The position numbers and the translations under genes were made by a program. The notes below the pieces were generated by a model. That model had not been told where the DNA came from and made no database searches. It was given only the letters and a program-made list of their open reading frames with translations. Below, one piece after another: positions 26,901 through 39,949 of a DNA stretch of 64,000 nucleotides. The stretch comes from Fonticula alba ATCC 38817 (lineage: Eukaryota > Protista > Nucleariida), in assembly GCA_000388065.2 (NCBI GenBank), contig KB932201.1; one strand, written 5' to 3'. The first letter of the stretch is position 1; the number at the start of each line of letters is the position of its first letter.

Positions 26901-27988
26901 GGTATTGAGCATCAGCAGGGCAAAGGCCAGGATGAAGGCCGTGTCTGTGGGGCGTAGCGACGACAGGGGGAAGGCGGGAGAGGGGAGGGAGGGGGAGGCG
27001 GAGCAGGTAGACGGTCAGCCAGCCAGCCAGCCAGCCGGGAAATGAGGGAGGGGAGGGGGTGGCGGGCTGAAGGTGCGACCAGGGGCCGCTGTGTGGAGGG
27101 CAGCAGGGGAGAGGGTGGCACTGGCGCACCGGAGAGCAAGAAAACCCCAGGGTTTTGCTGGCAATAGGCCTCGGAGAAGGACTCCAGGATTCGGGAGATT
27201 GCTTGGGCCTCGAGACCGGTCACCGTGAAGTTGGCCGATGTCAGGAACTTGCTGTGGTGCACATTGCGGAGCAGGAGCGCCGGGGGGCGGGGGNNNNNNN
27301 NNNNNNNNNNNNNNNNNNNNNNNNNNNNNNNNNNNNNNNNNGGATGGCAGTGGGGGACGGGCAGCCAGTGAGCTGGCATGGCCAGTTTGTGGGAGACAGC
27401 AAGCGTGTTGACGTGTGCATGTGTGTCCAAATGTTTAAAGATGGAAATACATATATATAATAGACGTGCGAGGGGGAGGAGGAGAACGCACCGAAAGGCT
27501 GCCTCCAAATTCAGGCCCTGCATGGGAAAGTGCATGCAGAAAGCCTCCCGGACCCGGTTGGAGTGGGTGTCCCGGCCGGCGATGTAGCCGCCAACACGGT
27601 GCCGGTCGAGAGCCGGCTCGCGAAGGAGAAAGCGCGCAATGGCCTCGATCATGGGCCCGGGGAGCTCCTCGAAGTCCAGCTCCCCGGGAGCAGCAGCCAG
27701 CAGGGAGGCCATCTTGTCGGCATCAGCAGCGGAGGCCAATGCGAAGAAGCCATGGCGAATGAGGAGCTCGATGCCCTTTGTCCATGTGCATGAGTCCGGT
27801 TAGAGCGGGTGCAGTGACCGGGTATGCGCGGGGCGAGAGCGGTGATGATGGAGGTGGCCGAGACAGCAGCGGGCTCTTCCCGGGCGTACCAGCTTCGGCG
27901 AGAGATGGAAGACATAGATGTCGGCGTAGAAGAGAGACCGGACCTGCTTGGCGTCCGAGGCCTGGATGGTCGTCGAAGTGACGGTCAT
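23935..27988 (-). CDS. Sec7-PH Arf guanine nucleotide exchange factor (BRAG/IQSEC-like PH), 1099 aa
   Basis: Exons 27988-27890, 27775-27492, 27251-27130, 26944-25263, 25047-23935 sum to 3300 nt. Sec7: FHLSPKL/GIELLIRHG, RVGGYIAG, FTVTGLEAQAISRILESF, DTAFILAFALLMLNTDAH, LRKMYTSIVSNEIRL. PH: ERRLIY...IYLFNDSILLQK. Intron 2 contains an N-gap. Confidence 0.88.
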
Positions 27989-28562
27989 GTCTCGGAGGGA
28001 GAGTCGGGAGGGGGGGGGGGGAGCAGGCCGCCGGCAAGGGAGCGGCTGGTGTCGTGGGCAGGGGCAGGTGTCGGCAGGCGCAGAGAGAGGGAAGGGAGAG
28101 AGAGAGAGACGAAGGGGAGGAGAAGGGGGAGGGGGAGAGGAGGAAGAGAGGCGGAAGGAGAGAGAGAGGGAGAGGGGGGGAGAGAGTGATCTAGCGCCTT
28201 TGTAGGGGGCCGGGCCGCCGAGAGGCCTCTTGTTTTTGCCTCCCCTGAAGCAGAGGCCCCCCTCACCTCGGCCGCTCTCCGGCGTGGAGGATGGGGTGTT
28301 CCTCGAGGGGGCGGGGGGACTGGCGCGGAATTCCTTCTCCGTCATGGGCCGGCTTCCTGTGATATGTGGCGATGCAGCCACCTTCTGCAAGCGCCCATCT
28401 GACCCCCCCCCCCCCCCCCCCCCCCCGCCAGGCAAGGGACGGGGGGGGGGGGACGGCAGGTCTCGCGCATGCTGCCAAGCCCAAAGCAGACACCTCAAGC
28501 TTCCGGGAGCTGTGCAGCCGCCGGGAATGCCCCTCTCCATGGGCTCGCATGTGCATGGGTGT

Positions 28563-28566
<4 letters not shown>

Positions 28567-28617
<51 letters not shown>
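28567..28617. repeat. (GT)n microsatellite
   Basis: About 25 GT units running into the N-gap 28618-28708. Confidence 0.9.
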
Positions 28618-30167
28618 NNNNNNNNNNNNNNNNNNNNNNNNNNNNNNNNNNNNNNNNNNNNNNNNNNNNNNNNNNNNNNNNNNNNNNNNNNNNNNNNNNN
28701 NNNNNNNNGGCTGGCCCGAGGGGGGAAGGGGGGGGGGGGGGGCCTATGTCCTGCCCTTGTCTCTGCCCTCCGGTGCGTGGCCCCTGTGCACCCCTTGGGG
28801 CCCCGGGGCCAGCGGAGCTCCCCCGGTGCGAGGGACGGGGTGCGATCTTGCCTGATTGGTGGACCTGCGCCCGGGGTCCCACGGGCTGGGGGCGCCCCCG
28901 TCCCCGTCCCCCGGAATGTCGACGGACCCGAGGGAGGTCCTTCATAGGATGTGTCATTGAAAAGGCCGGCCCACAAGAGGGGCCATGTTGCGCCGACGTT
29001 CGGCCCCTGCCGGCGCCCCACTCTCTGCTCCCCCCCCCCCCCCCCCGGGGTGGGGGCGGCGGCGGCCTAGCTGGGCTTACCCTATTCGACAAGATCGGAG
29101 CTGCGGCCAAACTCCGCGCGCCGCCCCGGGCGGCCCAGATGGCTAAAGGTCCGGCGGCAACCGTCAGGCGACGGCGCCAGGGGGGGGGGCGAGGCGCATG
29201 CCGTTGGAGCCGCATCTGGCGGGCTGGCGTGGCTCAGCGAGAGCCGGAGCATTTGAGCCGGGGGCCGGGGGATGTGCGGGTGCTCCTCCCAATGTTGTTT
29301 TTCCGGCGGTGACACCTACGCTGGCCACTTCGCCGGCAGCGCCCGGGGGACTTTTTTTTTTTCCCGAGCCGCGCTTTTTTCTCCCTCCAGCCGGGCCACA
29401 CAATCCGGCACTTCAAGTGCGGAGGGAGCGCACGCGCATTCCAGAGCCCGGCCGCTCCCCAACCACCCGATCTTGGTCGGGCTGGGCCTGGCCACACCGC
29501 CGGCCCCCCTCGGCCTGTCCCTCCGTTGAGCGTCGGAGGTCTCGGCAAAAGGCCCGACCGGCGTGTCTCTTGGGGGATCCTGCTCCCCCGCGTCCCGCGC
29601 CCGGCGCCCCGGTCCTCTGCCTCCCTGCGCTTGAAGATAGAGACGGCCGAGGTCCCCCCGCCCGCCCTTTGTATGCCCTCCTTCGGTGGACAAGTGCTCC
29701 CCCCTCCCCCAGAGACCCAGCAATTGGCACCGCGGGGCCCGCGGTGCCCCTGTGCGCGTCAATCGCCGTGAAATGCTCGATTCATGCAATCGTTGGCAGG
29801 TGGCATATCCGACGAATTCCTCCGCCCGCGCCCGCCCGTGCTCCCCCCATCCTGGAATCATGCCGGCTGACACGCCCGGCCGCCGCGCCGCAGGTTTTCT
29901 TCTTTCGGCATCACTCCAGCCAGCCGAGAAACGGCCCCCAGTAACCCCGGCCCGTGGTGCGTAAGTATGTGTCCCACACACGGCGGGACATTGGTGCTCG
30001 GGGCCTCGCAGGCTCACAGATGACCGAGAAAGCTGGTGTGGATGTGGATGCGCGGAGGGAGGAGGATACACACACACGAAGAGAGAGAAAGCGAGAGAGA
30101 GAGAGAGAGAGATGGAGAGAGAGGCTGCGGACACACATGGCTTGTATTCAACCGATGAGTCACCCCG

Positions 30168-30624
30168 TCACCAGAATTCGAAGAGGGCCGTCTCGCGCAT
30201 GGCCCGGAACCGGTGCAGGAGATACTGGTCACGATGCATCCAAGCGTCGCCGGTCCCATCGAAGCAGGGCCAGTCCTCCTGCTCGGGGTCTTCCTGCTTC
30301 GGGGCGGAGGCGACACAGGGCATCGGGGGAGCTGGAGTCGCGGCGCTCTCGGTCGAGGTGCCCTCTGTTGCTGCTGCTGCGGTGGCGGCGGCAGCGGCAG
30401 CGGCCTCGGCCTCGGCCGCAGCACTTTCGGCCGCCTGTGCCACGGCGGCCAGCTTGATCGCCGAGGAATTCGGCAGCTCGTTGATGTTGTCCAGTCGGGC
30501 GATGATGGAGCCGCCCTTCCAGGCCAAGTGCGCGGGGTTGATCTCCACCGAGGCCAAGGCAATCTGCCCGGCCAAGTCGGCGGCCACACGCTCGGTCAGG
30601 GGGAAGTTCTGTGCAGCCGTGGCA

Positions 30625-30684
<60 letters not shown>

Positions 30685-33600
30685 GCAGCGGCAGCAGCGG
30701 CCTGTGAGGCCTGATTACCACGGCCACGCTTGGCCGAGGGCGGTGCCGCCGGCACCTCCGGCAGGGCAATACCATTGCGGGCCGATGCATCAGGCTCGGG
30801 CGCCAGCAGCCCCTCGGGCGGGGACAAGAGCAGTGACCGGAGCCGATCGGTCACCGCCCGACCGAGGTGCTTCAAGGACTGATCGTTGGTCCCTCCAACA
30901 ATCAGCACGGCCCCGATCAGCCGGGCGAGACGCTCCTCGGAAATGCCTTGGGGGAGAGCATGTCAGCTTGGTCAGCATGAAAGCAGAAGCACCGGCCTAC
31001 ATGGCTTCTGGCTTGTGCATCAACCCGCGCCTTGTGGCCTGCACTATCACGGGAAAGTGCGTATGTGTGTGCGTATGTGTGTGCGTATGTGTAGCGAGTG
31101 CGACATGTGCGCGTACCGGCTGCTTGCAGGGACTTTAGGATGGCCAGATCCAGCGGGTCCGAGGTCGTTTGGCGCACCGAGCAAAGGTCCGCACAAAGGA
31201 GCCCATGCATGCCGGGCGGAACAAAGCGCTCCAGCAGCGGATCCAAAGGCCGATCATTGTCCACCGACGAGGGAGGAACGAGTCGGGCACCGACAAATGC
31301 CTGCCGCCCGGGGCCATGCGCCAGCAGCACACCTTGTGAGATGGATGCCTGGCTGGCAGGGGCGTTGCCCTCCTTGGCTGTGCCAGAGGCCGATGTCCCC
31401 GGGCCGGGGGAATCCGAGCGGCCGGTGGTGCCCGACCCGACGGCCTTTGCCTTCTTCTTGGAAGCGGCGGTTGTGCCGCCAGCCGCGCCGGCCGACGCAG
31501 GGCCGGCCTTGGTCAGTGACAGGAAAAGGTCCTCAGCACCATCGGTCTTGCTTTCGGCCTTGCTGGATCTGGATCCCGTGTAATGGGGCGAGAATAAAGG
31601 GCGGGACCCCCCGGGGGGTCCCATGGACGAGGTTAGGGCAGGATGTCCAAAGAGAGGCACAAGCGGGGAAGGGAAGACAGCGCACGCACTTTTTGGATGA
31701 TGTGCCGGCCGAGCCGGTGGGAGTAGCCGCAAGTGTGGCAGGAGAAGCGGCAGAGGCGGCCGTGGATGTCGAATCAGTCGATTGGCTCGGTGGAGCGGGC
31801 GGCCGGTAGGTAGTCGAAACCATGGTCGAGACACTGGGAATGGCCGTGGTGACATTGGACAGCGAGATGGCACCACGGGCGGCCGAGGCCGCGGTGGCAG
31901 AGGCACCGGCCGCAAGCGTCGTCACGCCATAGATGATTGTCGACTGAGCGAGGGAGTTGCGTGTGTATGCGTGTGTGTGTGTGTGTATGCGTGTGTGTGC
32001 ATGCGTGTGTCGGAGAAGGAGAAGAAGAAAGAGGAGGAGGGAAGGTTCGGTAAGCAAAGGGCAGCACCGCAAAAAGGGCCAGGGGTCATGTCGAGGTCCA
32101 AAGGCCGGCGCACATCCTGATCCAAGGGGGGAAGGGCATCAGGCAGGAGGATATCCTGCTGGGTTTTCAGGGCCGCGGCGGCCGACTCCAGCGACACGTC
32201 CGCCGAGTTGATGGGCCCCTCGCCCGGGGCCTCCAGCAAAAGACGCAGGGAGAGGGCGGAAAATTGGCTGGCCGCATTTTCGGCACTGATAATGGCATCG
32301 TGGCTGAAATTGCCAAGCTGGTGGCTTTCCACCAAGAGGCGTAGCCCGGCGAGAATGTGGTCCAATTCCGCCACACGCTCGGCCAAGGTCGGCACCGTCG
32401 GCCGGGGGAGCAGTTTCGGGAAGAAGAGGGCCTGCGACGAAAGTATGGCCAGTTAGCTGGGCATGAGAGGACAGGCAAGAGGGAAGGCCGCCGATTGGCA
32501 GCAGCCGGCAAAGTGCCCGCGCTGGCGGGCCCTCTCGCAAGCGGCACTCCACGCACCAATGATGACATGAAGGGCTCGTCATACAGGTAATGGGAGATCT
32601 CAAAGGTGTTGGCCGCCTGATGCCGAACATGGTCCAACAGCTCCTTGATGACGGGATCAACCTTTGATGCCGCGGGACAGTGGGATGGCATCACCACAAA
32701 TGGTCAAGTTAGTGGAGGATCCCCTTCAGCCAGCCGGGGAAAGGGGTTTCCCGAAGGGAGGGGGGGAGGGGGCCACGCACAAGTTCTAGGGTTTGGCAGG
32801 ATTCACGAATTTGGCAGAGAGTGCGGAAAATGCGGTACTGGTCGACGGACACGCGGAAGGAGTGGATATCACCGCGGCCGGTGGCCCGGAGCAGGCCCCC
32901 ATCCGGGAGGGCGATGCGCGCAGCCAGGGGAGACGACCGGCGTTGGAGCATCCACGCGAAGGCAGTAGCCAGTTGATCGGAGCCATATGCCAGGCGCACG
33001 CGGGAGGCCTTCAGCGACACGCCATCCTCCACGCAGGACACCTTGATTGACTGGCTGCCGATGTCGACCACCAGCGCCGAGGAGAGCCCGGCACCGAAGG
33101 CACTGCAAACGCCCTCCTGCAGGCGCGACCAGCCACCGTCGGACGGAAGGGAGGGGAAGGGAGCCGAGGAGGAGCGAGGGAGAAGGGGAGAAGAAGAAAA
33201 GGCGGAGGAAGGACCAGAGCCAGACCAGAGGACCGGAGTTAGACCAAAGGACAAGGGTCGAATCGGATGCGGCGGCGCAAGCCGAGCAGACACATGGTGC
33301 AGGTCGGGTTCGTGCCTGGTGAAAGAGCAGACCTCGCAGGCCGAGTTGGTTGAAGAAGAGTTCCGAGTAGAGATCCAGATCCAATTCGGTTGTATGGTCG
33401 GGCACAATGAGCAGCAGGTTGATGGTCTGCCCGGGGGGGTTGGGTGAGGGGGACCAGGGAAAGGGAGAAAAAGAAAAAGAAGGCCGACACACGTGCGAGG
33501 GAGAATAGCGCGGGAACAGGGTCAGAGGCTGAGTCGGGCACGAGGGAATGCAAGGGCAGAAGGGCCAACAGCCGGGCCAAGGGGAGGAGCATGTACCCGC

Positions 33601-35558
33601 ATGTGCTCGGCCAGTTGGGCGGGGCTGATTTCCGGGTGATGCCCCCCTCGGCGGCCGGCGGCCAACTCGTGGCCAATGACCCGGCGAAAAACATGGCGGA
33701 AGAAGCCACCCGCGTCGAGCAGCCACCGCCCGGCTGCCTGGCCACGCCGGTGAATCGCGGCCAGTTCCTGGGCCCCGGTGGCAGCCGGCCGACGGCCGGC
33801 CTCCTCCGGCAGGTACGTCATGACCACGGCCTCGGCCGATTCGGTGGGATGGTCGCCACCAGGGCCGGCGGCCAAGTTCAGTGAGCTTGCCGAGGGGGAG
33901 GCAATGGCCGTGGCACCCGACCGCGAGGTGGCTCCCAGGGCCAACGGGCCGCTTCGACTGGGAAAGCGTTCCAATGAGGCGTCCATCTGATCCAGCAGCT
34001 CCTCCAGAGCACGGAGTTCCGGCGAGCCGGCCTCCAAAGCGGCCAGGTCGTAGTAGGTCGCCAGGTTCGGCCGGCCCTGGGCATTGAAGAGCCAGCGCAG
34101 GTCGCAGGGGCTGCGCTGGTCGTCCAGTTGGAGGGCCTTTGCAAAGGGTGTCAGAGGGGGCATGCAGAAGACATGGCCGGAGGGAGGCACACGCGGCGTA
34201 CCTCCGCGCCGAAGTACGACTGGCCGGGCATGGCTGTCACATACTCCGCCGGATCCGGATCACTATCGATCGGGACCTCACGAAAGCCGGCCGACTGGTT
34301 GTAGGAGATCTCCTGTAAAGTGTGTCGCAAGGGGCGGGGGGGGGGGGGGGGGGGGTAGCAGGCATGAGGAAACGGGAAAGTGCACAGGGAAGCACCACCG
34401 AGCGGGGAAGAGCACAAATACTCGGAGCAGAGGTACCTCTTGGATGATGCGTCGGATGCCGAGTTTGACGAAATCGCGCAATTGACGCTCAGCCAGGCCA
34501 ATCTCGATGACCGCCTGGATGGAAGTGGCCGACTGTCAGTACGCCGGGGGCAGCTGCTCGTGCACAAATGAGCCTGTGAATGGCCGGGTGCCCGTCACAG
34601 GGGGAAGAGGGGGGGGGGAGGGAGGAAAGGGAGGAGGAGGAGGAGGAGCGGGGACAGGTGACGGCGGCAGGGCTGCCCGGATGAGAGGCATCGCCCAGGC
34701 AACATGGCGTACCTCATCCGTTGCAATGCTGTCGAGGAGGGAGCTCGAATCCTCAGCTGGCGTGGCCCGGCTCGAGGTCGGGCAAGCAACGACAGGAGGG
34801 AAGGCCAGCGGGGCGACGCTCTGGCACTGGCCGGCATACAGCTGTCGAGAGCCAATGTGGATGACAACCGTCCGGGTGGGCAGCGGCGGCTGTGCCAGGG
34901 CCAGAGCTTGCAGCGAGAATTTGGCCCGACCGCATTCGACCCGCGAAGTTTCGACCTTGGGCATGCTGGTCGGCTGCTCGGCCAGGCTCGTGGGGGCATC
35001 CCGCTCGGGCAGCTCGACCTTCATCGAATCCAGGCCGCAAAGCGCCTCGGGGGCGGCAGGGTCACCGGGGGCCCCGGGATCCTGGCCCTCAGCCGGCGCA
35101 TCGGCGTTCCGGGCAGTGTCATACCCCCGCCGGAGGGCTGATCGCCGGGAGGCCGGCACCACGAAGGAGTTGGTTCGGAGGAGAAGCGACCCGAGCGAGC
35201 GCATCGGCCCGGTGATCAGCGGAATGGAGGGGATGCGAGTTTCCAGCACGGCACGCGGCGCGGGCCCGGCGGCAGCGGCCCCGGCCGCGGCGGTCGCCCC
35301 GCTGGAGGCGCCCGCCGCCTGGGTGGAAGTCAGACCTCCTGCAGCAGCCGGGCCCCGAGCGCGACCGCGCCCGCCGGTGGCTGAGGCGCCTGACCCGGCG
35401 GACCTCCGAGCAGTGGGCGCAGGGGTCGATTCTCCGGAGGCCTTGCCACTGTTGATGGTCAGGACAAGCGCCGGCTTTTTGGTGCGTCCAGGTGCATCAC
35501 CTTGATCGGACTGCGCGGCGGAGCGCGCGCGCTTCCGCGCCGGGGCGGGAGTCGACAT
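30168..35558 (-). CDS. ARP8: Actin-related protein 8 (INO80 complex), 1315 aa, 11 exons
   Basis: Exons 35558-34713, 34532-34437, 34312-34202, 34136-33597, 33426-33316, 33116-32781, 32661-32557, 32431-32114, 31943-31690, 31568-31117, 30946-30168 (3948 nt). Motifs VVIHIGS, LLIVPD, FHQ/EGVCSAFGAGLSSALVVDIGSQSIKVSCVEDGVS..RVRLAYG, LDLAILKSL, VLIVGG, AWKGGSI, terminal LFEFW. Confidence 0.92.
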
Positions 35559-36544
35559 GTGCAGAGGGCAGGAGAAGTGGAGCGGGCGCGGGAGATGGGC
35601 AGGGGAGGAGGGGCGAGCAGGGACCGAGGAGGAAGGGCGGACAGGGAGAGGGAGAGAGAGAGAGAGAGGAGGGGAGGGACCGACGGCGACGAGCGGAGGG
35701 AAGAAAAACCACGTTGGTGAAAGGTGAGAGGGAGGCGGGAGGGGCGGAAAGAGACTACAGCCCCGGAGCTGTCCGGGATCCGCCTGCGCGGCTGCTGAAA
35801 TGGCTTCCAGCGAGGGAGCCCAGACCTTGGGCCCCCGCCGGCTCCCTCCGGCCCGGGCCTCCGACACGGATGCATGATGCCTGGCGCGACGAGGGAGGCA
35901 CGCGCAGGGGGTGCCCGGTTTCGGCAGCGACACCCCCTCGGCCGCCAGTGCGGAGGAAAAAATAATAAAAATAAACCCGCCTGCCGCCCGCCATCCTCCG
36001 GCCCGGCAGGCGACTGGGGAGAGGTAACGGAGGAGCGCGGCCCCGAGATCAGGGAGGCAAGCGCGCACCCCGGGGGCGCGCCAGCGCCAGTTCGTGGCGC
36101 CCCCGCACGCGAAACAGAGCCATCGGGCCATTCGTTGGCAGTCAATCGGGGGGCCTCGCCTCTAGTGTCCCAGCCCTTCGCCCTTCGCCCCTCCCCCTCT
36201 CCCTCCCCCGCCGGGGTGGGCATGTGGCGGCGCGCCAAAGGTGGTTTCGGCTTCCGGTCGCCTCTTCGGCCTGGGGCCTTGGGCCCATAATGAGGGCCCA
36301 AATAGGAGGATGATGGGGTGTATTTTGGCAGAAGAATGCACATGTGGTCGCACATGCGTGTGCGTGTGCGTGTGCGTGTGAGCACAGATGGATGGATTGG
36401 TCTGTTTCTTTCATATCGCTCTCTTTCTCTTGGGGAACGCGAGAAAAGGGTCCAACTGGGCGAGATGGGGACGCCTGCGCCGGTCTCGCTCTTTTGTTTG
36501 CGCACTCGGCCGGGCCTGCTCGGCTGTGCAGAACCCAGTGCCAG

Positions 36545-38017
36545 CTAGATCTGCAGCTCGAGCTCCAGCTTGAGGTTGGTGCGGATCCAATCCGGCAGGC
36601 GGGCAAAGCGCCGGTGCACGCCAGTTGACGGCCAGTAATGCGGGGCCAACAGCAGCTGTCGGAGGGTGCGCTCCGGCAGGAGGAGCTCCAGCGCATCGGG
36701 CGATGTGACCGCCACCCCGGCTGGCCAGGGGCGCTTGACGATCAGGTCATACCGGAGTAGGCGATTCGAGTGGGCCACCGCATCCGGGCCCGGGGTGTAG
36801 GCGCCGGACCAGCCGGCGAAGTGCGCGGAAAAGGTGCTCGGCTCGGTGCCGGCCAGTACCACAGTCACGCCGGCACGCGGGTCGAGCCCCACATGCGACG
36901 CATATTCGGCCGCCACGCGCACAAGCAACTCAAAGGAGCAGGACCCGATCGTCAGACCGAGACTTTCGAGCACCGGAGACGACCCGGCGTCCGCGACCGA
37001 GGGCACCGGTGGCAGGAAGGCCGGGCACATCGGGCCAATCCAGAGGAAGACCCCGGGCCGAGGGGGGGCCCCCTCTCCCGGGGCCGGGTCGGTCGTGACA
37101 TCGCGCAGTGAGCGAACAGCCGGGTCGACAATGTACGCGCAGTCCGGCCGCAAGTCGCGCTGGTGGAACGTCCGCACGGGAAGCCGCTCGAGATTGATGT
37201 ACGGCGAGGCCAGGTTGGGGAAGGAGATTTCCAAGAGGACAGGCCAGAGGGGCTGGAGCACGGAGAGCCGGGCAGACGCGGGAGTCAGATGGGATTATCG
37301 AAAGAGGGAATGCCATCCAAGCGGAGGGGGGAGAAAGGGGGAAAGAGTGCGAGGACGAGCGAGAGAAGGGGGAGAAAAGGGACATCGGAGAGATGCATGC
37401 TGGACGGATGAATGCGCACCGTGGGCCGTGAGGGGATCGGCGGGGCCGGGATCGGGCGGCCAATCATGCCAACCGGCGTGTCGGTGTCCAGCCCCAGGTA
37501 GTGGCAAAAGTGCCGCCAAGCAGCGGCCATACGGGGAGTTGCAGCGACAGGCAGCTTCCCATCGGGCCCCGGCGGCTCGGAAATGGTCTCTGTCGCGGCC
37601 GAGGACCCCATGGCCTGGGCGATGTGCTGGGCATTGGCCACCTCGGCCGGGCTGGCCAGAGACCCAGCCCACACGACCGTGAAGGCAGTGCGATCGGGCC
37701 CGGCCCCAGCGCCAGGACCGCCCACCTCACCAGCAAGACTTCCCACGCGCGCCTGGAGGATGAAGCAGTCCCTGCTGTTTAGGGCGCTCCAGTGGCAATC
37801 CGCCTCGACGGCCAGATCGCGCATGCCAGCCAGGTAGGGCTTCAGCTGATAGAGCGTGACAGCTGTGACTGGGGTGTTGTCGGGGCCAGCCTCCGTCGAC
37901 ACCAAGGTCGACAGCCAGTGGAGGTGTTGCGTCAGGCTGGCCTGCCGCTGGGCGTGAGGGCCGGCAGACACCGTCACCAGGGGATCGACAGCATTGGCGG
38001 CCGTGGTGGTGGAGGTA

Positions 38018-38053
<36 letters not shown>

Positions 38054-39916
38054 GCAGTGGCGATCATTGGCTTGGAGCCGGGTGATGCTGTCTTGGGCGA
38101 GCCCGAAGTGCCGGCCTCCAGCGGCGGCACTCGGAACAGGCGACTGGGATTGTGCCTGAACGTCAGACGGGGATGGCTTGCCCCGCGACGGTACACCAGC
38201 GGCCGGCCAATGAATGTCGTAAACCAGTTCGGCTCCTCGAATTGAGAGATGATGAAGAGCTGTTTCGATTTGGCGGCGGCAGCAGCAGCAGCAGCAAGGG
38301 AAGTCACAGGGTCAGGAGGGGCGGGGGAGGGGCAGGGAAGCGCGCGGAGGCGGAGAGAGGGGGGAAGGAAAAAAACCCCGGACAAGAAACAAATCGGTGG
38401 TACGCACCCGAGGAAGGGCCCCAGCCAGCTGGAACTCATTGATCAGACCACGAGCAATCTTACGCTTGAACTGAGGCCCAGGCAAGATCGATGGCGAAAG
38501 GCCGTGCGAAAGGGGCGAGCAGAAAGAAAAGGGAAGAAGGACGAAGTCAGTGGTACAGGGGGGGGGGGGGGATCTGGTCAGCACAAGCCGAACGCCAACG
38601 CACGCGGGTCGTTTGTGAACCCTGCCACAGGATGAGGGTGCGCTCGGGTGAGAGGGCACTCTCGTCGATGTAGAAAAACAGGCAGTCCTCCGAGAAGAGG
38701 AGCAGCGGCGGTGGCGGAACCCCGGTGGTGAAGGGAACCCCCTCGAAAAGCGCGTCGCGGGTGACATCCAGCGACTTCTGCTCGACCTCGTCCACCAGGA
38801 AGACACGCCCCTGGGCCGATGCCAGGGAGATGCCGGCCGAGTGGGAGTCCGTTTGGATGGATCCAGCACCGGCGCGCCGGCCCGGGACCAACTGCATCCA
38901 GGGGGCCTCGCGCCCGGTGGGTGAGACGACAAAGTCGTCCGCCTGGCCGAAGGTGGCCAGGACCTTGACATGCTCGCGGATTTGTGGCAGAGCTAAGGAG
39001 CGCGGAGGGGAAGGGAGGAGGAGATGGCAGTAGCAGCAGCAGCAGCAGCATGAGGATCAGCAAATCGAGGAGCCATAAGGGGGGGGGGGGCAATGGGCCG
39101 GCATGGGGAAAAAGGCAGGGGCCCCCTTGGTGCGTACTGTCCAGGGAGAGGAGCGACGAGGAGTCAAACCAGTCATCGAACTTGCTTCGCCAGAAGACAC
39201 TCTCACGGCCGGAAACCTCGCTACGCACGGTGGCAAAGCAGGTGTTACTGGCCAGGCCATTGCTGGGAGTCCCGGCCGGGGCGTCGGCCGAGCGGTCATT
39301 GACTTCATGGTCGGAGTCAATGCTGCCGATGGAGGGCCGCCGGGAGTCAGGCTGCCGAGTGGGCGAGACGCCGGCGGCCGTCACAGCCGCGCCCCGGCTG
39401 CCACCGGCCCGCTTGAAGAGCCGCCGCTCAACAAAGGCCTCAGCCCGGTCGACCGCCAGCAGGGCGGCCGTCACCCGCAGGACAGTCGGCGTCCGCGGCC
39501 CGACCCAGGTGAACACCTCGCCGGCCTCGGTGTCCAAAACATAGGCGGCTCCAGGGTCCAGCGAGGGGCGCAGCCGTCCGGAGGCCGCCTGCGCCGACTC
39601 ATCGGCTGATATGGCCACCCGCTCGACCACGGTGCCGCTGGCGTGATCCGAGTCGCTGGGGTTGGCAGCCACCCGGAGCAGGGTGTATGCCCGGGTCCAG
39701 GCGCCCTCCTCCACGGCATCGAGGCCGGCATCATACTCGGACGTGACATCCGCCCGGCGGCCATGTAGGGTCTGCCAAAATTCCGCCGTGTCATCTGGGG
39801 CAAGGACCGAGAGTTAGGTGGAGTCAAGACAGGGGGGCGGATGGCAAGAAGAGAAGCCCCAGCACGGGGGGACCCATATTGGGGCGCAAAAATAATGACA
39901 ATCAAACCCGATAACA

Positions 39917-39949
<33 letters not shown>

